Assembly (NCBI GenBank): GCA_028534125.1
Contig: CM052816.1
Location: 90,646,001 to 90,710,000 of the forward strand
DNA from: Lama glama
Lineage: Eukaryota
Reading direction: 5' to 3'
DNA: 64,000 nt
Below are positions 11,995-23,252 of the stretch, one piece after another (position 1 is the first letter of the stretch; each line of letters begins with the position of its first letter). The notes below the pieces were generated by a model. The model did not search any database. It was given only the letters and a program-made list of their open reading frames with translations, and had not been told where the DNA came from. The position numbers and the translations under genes are program-made.

Positions 11995-14900
11995 TCTCAT
12001 GTGAAAAGTGCCCTCGCTCCTTCCTGCCAGGCCAGTGTCCTAGACGACTCATCCCCTGGGGTCAAGGCCATTCCTGGCCTGAGGCCTCATCTCCAGAGGA
12101 GAGGGTGAGCATCTTCACGTAGAGTGGTTTAGCTCCCAGTTGATTCTTATAATGGAGGAATTATGCAAATACAACCATAGAACAAACACCACATTCATAC
12201 AAGATGAAACACATCCACATCACAGCCTGCGTAGGTTGCAGGGAAAGTAACCATCTGACCAAGGCTGAAAGGTTCAAGCTAGTGACACAGAAAGCCAAGG
12301 ACATGATGGGGAAGAAGGCAGTGGCTTTGGCAGTGAAGAGGACAGGGCATTGTCGTTAGAAAGTGGGATAGGCGTGTGGCATAGACGCCTGCCCCGAGTT
12401 AAAGACGGCCTGGAGGGGAAGGCTTGTGTAGTTGCGAAGAACACTGATGCTTCCCCAGGTGATGGTGGGATTTGGGAAAGCAAGCAGCAGCCAATAGGAG
12501 AATAGTTCACAAGAGCATTGAGGTATGCCAGAAATGTGCCCATCACCTTGCGTAAATTTCACTTCACCCTCAGGACACCCTGTGCTATGGGAGGTACTGT
12601 TATCTCCATTTTATAGAAGAGCTCAACACCTTCAGTCACTTGGCCAAAGTCATACAAAAGCGGAAATTAGAGTCCAAGTCAGCAGATGTTACACCTAGGG
12701 TCTTGACACTATATAGGTACACACACACACTCAGTCACATCTTCATCGAATTTGGGAGATGGGTGGGAGCAGTCACCAGGAGATCCCAAAGGGGACAGCA
12801 AGGAGGAAAGGGAGAAGGGTCACACAATGTCAAGGACTCAAGAGACAGGGGATATTTTCCAAAAAAGCAGGAAGAGTAATGGATTGCAAGTGATCGGGGG
12901 CATTGGCGTAACACTGGATCCCCAGCTGAGATGATGGAATGTGGAAAAGTGGAATAAACCCAGATTTCAGTTAAGGTTAACATCCTTTGACGACTCTGAG
13001 GATGCAGGAGAAATTATCCACCTTGTAACAAGGACCCTGGCAGCACAGTGGGAAGAGTTGGCACAGGAGCCGAAGAGGAGCCGGAAGTCCACGGGAAAGA
13101 CCCACAGAGCAGCAGGGAGCAAAGGAGACAGATTACCAGAGGGGCCAGCACTTGGGTGATCCCTGGAGATGACAGACTGGCAGGCAGGATGGGTCTTGCC
13201 AGTGTCCAGGAGCCCTGCCAGCGTCCAGTTGTCTCCAGTCGTCTGAGCCCCCAGGGCACTGGCGCACATGGTCAGCGGGGTGCCGCCCCACGTGGAAGGG
13301 AATCTTTGGGGCCACAGATGCGGTGGAAAAGGAAGGACTCTGCTCCGCCAGCTGACGGCTGGGAGCTGCCAGTCCCACAGGAGGAGAATTAGCTTCTCTA
13401 GGAAGCTTACCCTGGCGTGATAGAGGGAAGGTAAAATAATCTGCCTAATATATATTCCTTTTTCCACTGGAAAATCTGAAATAGAGAACAATTTGTCGTA
13501 AAGTGTGGCTGTACCTTCTGCTCATCTGGAAGGCGTGGGACCAGGAGTGACGCAAAAAAAAAAAAAAAAGCAAGCCCTGTAATTATGATAATTAAGACCC
13601 TAAAACTGAAGCCCTCTCTTCTCGCCCCCAGGTAGAGCCCGAGATGTAGTGGTCACATGACAATCTCGGCCTCACTGGATTTAGTCCATTTTCCTAATCT
13701 TCCAGGCATGTTTCTATTTGGAAACCGTCTCAGCCAGCCACTGACGGTACGTCATAGGCTTTCTCGACCGTCTTGTACTCCTGCCATCTCTGACCCCTCC
13801 TGGGGCTGGATCATGTTGAAATCACATTTTGAGTGTGTTTCAAGTTCCAGGGAAACTTTTTTTTTAAGTCTCCTTAAAAAACAGGTTAGAACTAAATAGA
13901 GTTCGTGCTTCTGTTTAGCTCTCCTTGAAGGCTCTCGCAAGCTGAGAACAGCCCAATACTAGGACCATGATCATTTCTCTTGGCCCCCGTTTTCTTTCTC
14001 TTTTTCCTTTCTTCTTTAAGTAAGGAACGTTTTAAATGTGCACAACAGCGTGGAGGAAATAATGATGACGCCCTATATATCCATCCCTCACCTTCAACAA
14101 TCTTCAGCTCATTTTGGCCACTATGTTCAGTAGAGAATGTTCCTAAAACAAAACGAAACAAAAAAAAAAAAAAACAAAAAACAAACCAGAAAGAAAGAGA
14201 AACAAAAACGCATCAAAATATTGCACACAGTTTGTAGTGCACTCCCACATCTCCTCTCACGTTGGAACCCAGATTGAAATAGTTCTCAGCACAAATTACA
14301 TACAATCTGTTTTTGCAAACTCTTCCTAGATTGTTAATTTCATGCAGATTTCAGGGAAATCGTAATGTTAGAAGATTTAGGAGCCTCCTTAAAAAGGAAT
14401 TTATCTCATGTCACTTACTATTCTGAATATGATTCTAAAATAAAACTGATTCTTGATGCCAAGCTCACATTTCACTTGTGAGGGATTTTAACCACATGCA
14501 GCAAATTCCAGTAAGAAGCTTTAAAACTTTCCCAGCTAAAGAAATGCTGGTAGTGGCAGGATTGGGGCGGGAGTAGGAAGGAGTGGGGGTGCAAATAACG
14601 TTTGATTTCTGAAAATTCCAGCCAAGTCATGCAAGTTTACGTTTCAGACTGTTGAAAAAGTCCACAGGAGGTCATTTTACGGTGAGTCAATGGAGACTGC
14701 TCTGAAGGGAGTCAGCCTAGTCTTGAGTAGGGACAAGACGTTGATCTGCTTATTGAAGAGTTTTTCAAAGGTAGCTTGTGACTTCCTTCTTTCTGTCTTT
14801 TTTTAAATACCTTTTTTGTATGATTTATTTTATTATACAGTATGATTCCTGTATAGTAAACTACACATATTTCAGATGTACAATTTGATGAATTTTGATA

Positions 14901-15371
14901 GATATATATATATATACTGATGAAATCACCACCACAGTCAAGATGGTCAACATTTCCGTCTTTCTGACTTTTTAAAGAGCGTGGCCTTATTTTTCAAAAG
15001 AGAATTTATATCATCAGTACTAGCAGTCACACGGTCACGCTTCTGTTTTCTGTTAGCAGGTAAAAGTGAGAAGGAAAACTATGAGCAGTAGGTACCCATT
15101 CTAGCTCAGGATCTAGCCATGCTGATTATTTCCAGAGTCACTGGAAAGCTCCCATTGTGGGATTCAGTGAACTCACATGCCTGCCCTCAGATACTGACCA
15201 TGTCTACGTAGCATGCAAACAATAGGTTTGGCATGAAATAGACCAGGGTCTGAAGTCTTGGCCAGAGGCATCTCCACGTCCACATGTATTCCTCCCTGGG
15301 ACAAAATGCTTAAGGCAGATATGTCTCCAAAAGGAATGTGGTCCCACAGAGGAGGGTGGAATGCAGAGCTT

Positions 15372-15372
<1 letters not shown>

Positions 15373-15404
<32 letters not shown>

Positions 15405-15417
15405 CGCACGCACACGC
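15373..15417. repeat. (CA)n/(CACG)n microsatellite
   Basis: Directly visible dinucleotide run. Confidence 0.95.
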
Positions 15418-17654
15418 TACACAAATAGAAATAAGAAGGCTCATTCTCTTGGCCGTGAATGCTCTGGCAGGCTCCTCGTCATCAGACATCCTGGAATGGA
15501 AGTTTCCTCGTGGACTCCGGAGAGGGCTGTATCCACTTGGGACAACTTGTGGCTTTCCTGTCCATCAGCGGAGGTGCCAAAGGAAAGACCACCCTCCAGA
15601 GAGTTAGTGGCCTGGGTTTGGTTTGCACCCTGTCAGGGATTTAAGTTTCAGGACCTAATTTCTTCCGCTTTGCCTTTAGGGGAGGAAGTGAACCAGATGA
15701 TTTCTGAAGATCTAAAGGCAGCTCTAAATGCACAGCGAGCTGTGAACAGGGACCAGAGCTCCACACCTGCCCACATCCAGCCATAGCTCCGCACATCCAA
15801 GCTGTGTATCCGCGGGAATGTCACTTGATTTCTTCTGTAAACTAGAGAGAGGAATACCTATGTCACAGGTTTCTGTAAGGACTGGATTCTTGAAACATAA
15901 TCCCAGTACCCTCCTTCCTAAAAGGCTATGATTTCAAATATCAAGGAGTCTGGGAAGTTTGCCTTTCTGGAACACAACTAGATAATTTAGTCCAAATTAT
16001 TTCCCATTCTTATTACTCATAGTAGCATGAAAATTGTGCAAATCTCAGACAGTATTACGGAAAGATACTAATGAGCTCAAAGTACAGCATAGTTCGTGTC
16101 TTACATGAGATAGTTCACATTTTTCCCCCTAATTTGTTCCAAGTCACTCAGAAATAAAAGAAATGATATGCGTTAAAGCCAGCTGGGAAAGTGAAGTCTT
16201 GACCCAGTTTACATTGCTAATTAAATTAAGGTTTCCAGCAGATCAAGGACAAAGAACTGGGTTCAACGACATACTTCTTTTGATCTCCAGATTTTTTTAC
16301 TTCAAAGATTAACCAGTGGGATCACATAGGCTGCTGGTGGCCCCTCCTTTCCCTACGAGGGGCTGATGGTGAGAGAACTTCTGAGGGTCTGCTTCAGAGC
16401 AGTGGACGCCTGCATGACTGGCCCTGCCCAAGCCAGTCCTGGTGTGAGGTGTCTTGGAAGAAAATAAAGGAGTTGGAAGATGTGGATTCAAGGGGCTTGC
16501 ATCTGCCACTTACCCACATCCCATGAGAAAGTCACTTGACCTCCATCTTTGTGAAATGGGACAATAGAACCACCTATTTATCTCCGAGATTTGATATAAA
16601 GATTATTTTGGGTCTTTGGACCCAACAAATACTGACATAAGATTAAGAAATAGAACCCCACTGGCAGGATCCTACAGCAGTTTCTTTTTTTTCATTCCCA
16701 AGAAGAGGTTTTCCACCATTGTCTCTCTGGTGCTTTTCGTAGTAGGTGCTTGACAAGTCTCTGCTGAATGAGCAAAGGGACAAATGAACAGAGAGGTGAG
16801 GGAGGGACCAGGGACTCTCGGCCACTTAGATTTTCTCTTCCCTCCTCGCGGCTCCTTGATGCATCTGCCACTGCAGCCCTGGTTCTGCTTAATCCTGGGA
16901 TGTATTAAAAAAGAAAAACCAAGGTAGGGGGGAGTGGGGAGAAGGGCTGGGGGAGAAGGCAGGGCTACCCAGCAGCAGGGAGGGGAAGAGGACAGCTCTG
17001 GGGACACAAGGGGATTCCTGTGACACCTGCAAATGGGAACTTGCTCTGTCCCAGCTCAATGTGTCACACACTGCCATGGACAAGAATCTCCCTTTAAGTC
17101 CATGTTGACCTCTGATTGAATGGATTGAACATGTATACGTTTCCAGATTTTCATCAGCCTAGAGAGACAAACAGCCCACTCACTAGTGAAATGCAACTTT
17201 GTCAGCCTGGGTTCTTAGTCACTAAATAGGGCTTGGGAGACTGAGAAACCCAGACGTTGACTCCACTATGAGAGCATAATGAACAGACTTTAAGAATAAA
17301 CACTGCAGCCCTTTTTTGGGGAGGTCTCAAGTCTCCCTATCTCTCTGAGTTTCTCTTTTCCTCATCACTTTTGGACAAACTTCATTTATCAGAATCAGAG
17401 ATAGCGGCGGGTGCTGAGAAGCGGAGCTTTGCTGTGACACCAGCCCAGGGTCAGGCATGAGTGGAATCTCCCTGTGAGTGTCTCTATCTAGATATTTCGA
17501 CATCAGCGCTCCCAAGCCTCAGGTGGGTTCTTCCTCTCTCAGTTCGGGGTGGTTACCTAATCCACGTCCGCTGTGAATCGGCCCTTGGTGGAGGCGTGAC
17601 TCAGTGGACAAGCATGGTCAGGAACTCCAGATGAAGAGCCACTCAAAGATACAG

Positions 17655-18400
17655 TACCAGTTAGGATGCTTTAGGCTGCAAGTCAGGGGACATTCAACCT
17701 AAAGTGGCCTAAACCTTGTACACCACAAGCTGACACAACATTGTACACTGACTACACTTCAATAAAAGAGAATAAAAAAGAATAAAAATCAAGTGGCTTA
17801 AACCCAAGGATGTGCATTTATCTCATAGATGAAGAAGTTTAGAAATGGATGGTTCCAAGGGTAAGCAGGTCTCTTGGTTCTAGAAAGGCAGTATAGTGGG
17901 GCAGTGGAGGGCACAGCTCTGCCATCAGTGTCCCTGGGTTCAAGTCCCAGCTTTGGTAGCTTCTTGGTTGTGGGACTTTTGCCAGGTGAACTTCTCTGAG
18001 CTTCAGTTCTCTCCTCTGAAAAATTGGAGGTAACTTAACACCTCTCTCCCAGGGGTCTTGCTAGCATTAAATTAGTTAATATATATAAACTGATTGGCCA
18101 GGGTGTGGCATGTAATGGGCACTATTAATGTTAGTTCTTATCATCTTTATTTATTAAATTCATCCCCTCGTCACAAGAGGGTTCCCAAGGCACCAGCTTC
18201 ATATTGCCCATGACAAGATACAGGATGGGGGGAAAGTGTGGGAGGGGGACAAGGCAGGGGAAGAGAATGACAGGAGCTTCCTAGAGCATCTCTCTCCTTT
18301 AGCGAGGAGAAAAGTCTTTCCTAGATATACTCATCCCTTTGCACTGGAGCCTGTAAGTCAGGATTGGGCCACGTGGCGATGTCTGGCAATATCTGTCAAA
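17655..18400 (-). mobile_element. Old MLT1 (J/K-like) LTR fragments interleaved with a MIR (~17890-18140) and a mini-L1
   Basis: cagttaggatgctttaggctgcaag...aagtggcttaaac MLT1 end; MIR core gggttcaagtcccagct...tctgagcttcagttctctcctctgaaaa. Confidence 0.55.
17716..17790 (+). mobile_element. Very short 5'-truncated L1 3' end (~75 bp)
   Basis: tgtacaccacaagctgacacaacattgtacactgactacacttcaataaaa plus A-rich tail; 14-bp TSD AAGTGGC(C/T)TAAACC at 17702-17715 and 17791-17804. Confidence 0.85.
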
Positions 18401-18429
18401 AAGAACAGGGATCGTCATGGTTTGGAGTC

Positions 18430-18634
18430 TTTGCACAATCTGATATGGTAGCCATTAGGTACATGAAGCAAGTTAGAGTTAAATTATGATGAATTAAAAT
18501 TATAAATTCAGGTGCTCACTCACACAAGCCAGGTTTCAAGGACTCAGTAGTCTCCTGAGGCCAGTGGTCTCTGTAAGGGAAGTGCAGATACAGATGGCTT
18601 CCATTCTCACAGAAAGTTCTTTTGCACAGCCCTG
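18430..18634. mobile_element. MER3-like hAT-Charlie DNA transposon
   Basis: gatatggtagccattaggtacatg...tttcaaggactcagtag...cagaaagttcttttgcacagc. Confidence 0.7.
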
Positions 18635-19364
18635 GAACCAGAGTTCATGCATGAGGAACCCACCTTCCCCAAGCACATTTTCCCTTGGTTTCTTAACAGC
18701 TTCAGGGCTCTGTTCACAAGGAAGAAGTGGAGGTGAAGATTGGGCTGGTAAACGATGACAAAGGAGGAACAGGAGGGAGGGTACACCAGAGCCCAGCTAT
18801 TGGATGCGGTGGAAATTGGAATTATCAGAAAGTATTTGCTAGACCACCACCTGAGCAGTTTCAGATTCCAAAGGACAAAAATGAACCTCCAGCTCACCTA
18901 CAGCCCCCAACCTGGTGTTACAACAATACTCTGCAAATCAGCACACTGATGTTGGCTATATTTATGATTGTCACGTAAATTGGGGTAATAACCATTTTCC
19001 ACTTTGCATAATCACGGTGAGGCACAACAGACAATATGACAAAGCTGGCAGGAAAGTTCTCCCTATCTACCTGCAAAACACAGCAATGGGCTCATCCTTG
19101 ACTTGTCCCAGGGGACTTGGGCAGCAGAGAAAGTCCTCAGAGCTCCTCTAAGCATTTGAGAAGGTGTGAGTTGACTGCAGCAGGAATGAAGTTGGAGTAA
19201 TAATAATAACAACTGATATGCAGTTATACTTAAGTATATGCCAGGCATTTACCTAAGGTCAGGAAGTGGCAGAGTAGAATTTGCATGCAGTTGTTCTGCT
19301 GCAAAGCCCAGGCACTCTGCCACACTTTCTCCCCCAAACTCTAGATGACTAAGCTCTTCTGCGT

Positions 19365-19770
19365 GATAGTGCTCGAATTCCGAGGTGCATCAGAATCATC
19401 CAGACAACTTGCTGAAACACAGCTCTCTGGGCCAGTAGCATGCCAGAGTGGGTTCCTCAATCAGCTCGAGAGAGCTGATTGCCTGTATCTCTTTCCAACT
19501 CAATAGCAATGCATTCTGTGACATCACTTTGGTAACGTGAAATCAGTCATAGTGGGAGAATTTAAATCATGGGAATCAGCAAACTCTCAGGCATATCTTC
19601 CCCTGGTGAGCCAGTTGTTAAACTTTTATCAGCACACCATTGGCAAGTCCCCATCCGCAGAGTCTCTGATTCAGTAAACTTGAGATGGGCCCTGAGAATT
19701 TACATTTCTAATAAGTTCCCAGGTGATGCCGTTTCTACTGGTCCAGGGACCACACACTGAGAATTGCTTC
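19365..19770. mobile_element. MER5A-like hAT-Charlie element interrupted by MER63
   Basis: tgcatcagaatcatccag before the insert; agagtctctgattcagta...tttctaataagttcccaggtgatgc...gaccacacactgagaa after it. Confidence 0.8.
19433..19642. mobile_element. MER63-like hAT-Blackjack element
   Basis: Degenerate TIRs cagtagcatgccag and tcagcacaccattg; internal gtgacatcactttggtaacgtgaaatcag. Confidence 0.7.
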
Positions 19771-20061
19771 AGAGAGCCCTGAAATGGACAACAGTTTCTT
19801 GTCCTGATATAAGCCATCATGGACGTAAGAATCCTGGTAGTCTCAGCAAGGAATGTTGGCTGTAGATAACCCTACATCAAATTGCTACTAGTAAGAGCTA
19901 ATATTTATGGAGTGTTGACTGTAGGCAGCCAATGTCCTAGTCACACTGTACATTAACTCATTTAATCCTCCCAACAACCGTAGACAGCAGGTTCTATTAG
20001 TATGGGTGAGGACGAAACACAAAGCAGTCAAATGACTTGCTCAAGGTTGTACAAGGAGTAA

Positions 20062-21476
20062 GTGGAGAAAATACTAAAATCAGCAAGAGAAAAGCAACAA
20101 ATAATATACATAACATACAAGGCAACTCCCATAAGGTTATCAGCGGATTCTTCAGCAGAAACTCTACAGGCCAGAAGGGAGTGGCATGATATATTTAAAG
20201 TGATGAAAGGGAAAAACTTCTTACAACCAAGATTACTCTATCCAGCAAGGTTCTCATTCAGATTTGATGGAGAAATCAAAAGCTTCACAGGTAAACAAAA
20301 GCTAAACGAATTCAGCATCACCAATTCAGCTTTACAACAAATGTTAAAGGAACTTCTCTAGTCATCAAACCACAAGAAAAGAGAACAAAAACAAGAAAGA
20401 GAAAAAAAGAACTACAAAACAAATCCAAATTAATTAACAAAATGGCAATAAGAATACATGTATCGATAATTACCTTAAATGAAAATGGATTAAACACTCC
20501 AACCAAAAGAGATAGACTGGCCGAATGGATACAGAAAAACAACACCCATATATATGCTATCTACAAGAGACCCACTTCAGAGCTAGAGACACAAGCAGAT
20601 TGAAAGTGAGGGGATAGAAGAAAATATTCCATGCAAAGAGAAACCAAAAGAAAGCTGGAGTAGCAATACTTATATGAGACAACATCAACTTTAAAATAAA
20701 GACTGTTACAAGAGACAAAGATAATACATAATGCTCAAGGGATCAATCCAAGAAGATGATATGACAATTATAAATATATATATATATGCACCTAACATAG
20801 GGGCACCTCAAGATAAAAGGCAATTGTTAACAGACATAAAAGGAGAAATTGACAGTAACGCAATAATGTGGGGGGGACCTTAACACCCCCCTTACATCAA
20901 TGGACAGATCATCCAGACAGAAAATCAGTGAGGAAACACAGGCCTTAACTGACACATATGAGGTTAGAAATCAACTACAACGGAAAAAAAAAAACTGCTA
21001 ACACGTGGAGGCTGAACAATATGCTACTAAACAACTAGTGGATCATGAAGAAATCAAAGAGGAAATCAAAGAGGAAATCAAAAAATACTTGAGACAGATG
21101 AAAACGAAAACACAACAATCCAAAACCTTTGGGATGCGGCAAAAGCAGTTCTGAGGGGTGTCTGTGGTGATGAGGGCCTGCCTCAGGAAACAGGAGGGGT
21201 CTCAAATGGACACCCTTACCTTACCCCTGGGCCAGCTGGGAAAAGAAGAATGAACAGAACCCGGAGTTGGTAGAAGCGGGGAACTCATGGAGATCAGAGC
21301 AGAAATGGATGAAATGGAGACTAAAGGAGTAATAGAAAAGATCAATGGAACTAGGGGCTGGTTCTTTGAAATGATAAACAAAATTGATGAAACTTTGGTC
21401 AGGTTCATCAAGAAACAAACGGAGAGGACTCAGCTCAATAAAGTTGGAAGAGGAAAGGGAGAGATCACAGCTGGGT
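20062..21476 (+). mobile_element. L1 internal fragment (ORF1 C-terminus to ORF2 endonuclease/linker), truncated at both ends, internally deleted, 3' part A-to-G hypermutated
   Basis: ORF1: EKILKSAREKQ...PIRLSADSSAETLQARREWHDIFKVMK...LYPARFSF. ORF2: ITLNENGLNTPTKR, LQETHF, IYAPN, IEKINGTRGWFFE. No poly(A); abuts a MIR on the left. Confidence 0.95.
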
Positions 21477-22042
21477 AACAACGAATCGTAACTAGCCATG
21501 CAGAGACACCACGTGCAGTGACCACATGAAGGTGTGCTGGCTGCCTGCCCAGCTAAGAGTCCAGCCAACAGCTAAGCTCAACTACCAGACGTGTGTGAAG
21601 ATGCAACCAGGTGACCGCAGCCTCCGGGTACCAGCACACCCCAGCTGAGGTCCCAGCTCAGAATACACAATGTTAGGGCTTTTTTTTTTTTTTTATCTCA
21701 ATGGTTCTTTTCTATTTATAATTTCAGACTTTCACAAAATGTACAAAAAATTCCATAAATTTGTTTTCCTTGAACTGCTTTTTGCCATGGTAGGTAGATC
21801 ATTAAACACAACATTTACTCTTATAAACGAGATTTTCTAATCATCTGGAACATTGACACTTACTTCAACTGGCAGTGTCTTTTTATTTTGACTAAATATA
21901 TTAATGTTCCTCTGAATGGTATTGATAAATGGTCCAGAAGAGAAACTCATTGAAGTAAAAGTAATATTTATTCATGGTGATCAGCTAAATTGTTTGCCTA
22001 ATTTAAGAAAACTACTGCACAAAACTCTCAATCTGACATGAG

Positions 22043-22542
22043 NNNNNNNNNNNNNNNNNNNNNNNNNNNNNNNNNNNNNNNNNNNNNNNNNNNNNNNNNN
22101 NNNNNNNNNNNNNNNNNNNNNNNNNNNNNNNNNNNNNNNNNNNNNNNNNNNNNNNNNNNNNNNNNNNNNNNNNNNNNNNNNNNNNNNNNNNNNNNNNNNN
22201 NNNNNNNNNNNNNNNNNNNNNNNNNNNNNNNNNNNNNNNNNNNNNNNNNNNNNNNNNNNNNNNNNNNNNNNNNNNNNNNNNNNNNNNNNNNNNNNNNNNN
22301 NNNNNNNNNNNNNNNNNNNNNNNNNNNNNNNNNNNNNNNNNNNNNNNNNNNNNNNNNNNNNNNNNNNNNNNNNNNNNNNNNNNNNNNNNNNNNNNNNNNN
22401 NNNNNNNNNNNNNNNNNNNNNNNNNNNNNNNNNNNNNNNNNNNNNNNNNNNNNNNNNNNNNNNNNNNNNNNNNNNNNNNNNNNNNNNNNNNNNNNNNNNN
22501 NNNNNNNNNNNNNNNNNNNNNNNNNNNNNNNNNNNNNNNNNN
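22043..22542. other. Assembly gap (500 N)
   Basis: Exactly 500 N; the round length suggests a scaffolding placeholder of unknown true size. Confidence 0.99.
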
Positions 22543-22731
22543 TAAGTCAATGCCTCCCAAACTTGCCTTCCTGTCGGAATCACCTGGGTGACTTTAAATA
22601 TTAAATAGTAGGTATTAATAGTCCCCATCCCAGAGCCAGAAAAAGGGCCAGAGAATCTGAATTTTAATAAATGCTTAAGATCCTTCAAGTCTGGGGAAAG
22701 GCTGACTTCAAATTAAAATCACCCAGAGGCT

Positions 22732-22978
22732 ATGCAGAGACGCCACATGGAGTGACCACATGAAGGTGGTCATGCCTGCCCAGCTAAAGTTCCAGCCAAC
22801 AGATAGGTTCGATTGCCAGATGTGTGTGAAGATGCTCCCGGGTGCCCTCAGCCTCCGGGTACCAGCACACCCCAGCTGAGGTCCCGGATGTCGTGGAACA
22901 GAGACAAGTTATCCCCTTTTTGCCCTGTCCGAATTTCCGGACCAATAGCCTCCAGGAGCCCAATAAATTTGTTTAATG
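22732..22978 (+). mobile_element. MLT1-type LTR 3' half (partial second copy at 21498-21656)
   Basis: ccagatgtgtgtgaagatg...cccagctgaggtcccggatgtcgtggaacagagacaag...tgccctgtccgaatttcc...aataaa. Confidence 0.7.
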
Positions 22979-23187
22979 TTTTTAAAAAAAATCATCTGGG
23001 GAACTTCTAAAAATGTTAGAGCTTAAGTTCTGTCCCCAGGACATCCTGATTTATTCAGTCTAGAGTAGGATCTGGTATTCATTTTTCCCCTACTTTTTTT
23101 AAATAAAGATTTTAAACATCAAGAAGAGTTAAGAGAATAATACGTGGAACTCTGTGAACCCATCACAGTTGTGAATATTTTGTAGTA

Positions 23188-23252
23188 TGGTAGGTAGATA
23201 GGTAGATAGGTAGATAGATAGATAGATAAGATAGATAGACAGACAGACAGAC
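23188..23252. repeat. Compound (TAGG/TAGA/CAGA)n tetranucleotide repeat
   Basis: Directly visible. Confidence 0.9.

Noticed and set aside
12740..13490. Cluster of overlapping ORFs up to 174 aa
   Set aside because: No recognisable protein family; purine/GC-rich composition (possibly degraded L2) explains the lack of stops; no convincing splice structure.
18678..18753. Possible micro-exon (ttcttaacag ... ctg/gtaaac)
   Set aside because: Weak donor and unrecognised peptide; such matches are common by chance.
21981..22688. Three long ORFs (182-235 aa) in the ORF track
   Set aside because: They are made of X residues from the 500-N gap; artefacts.
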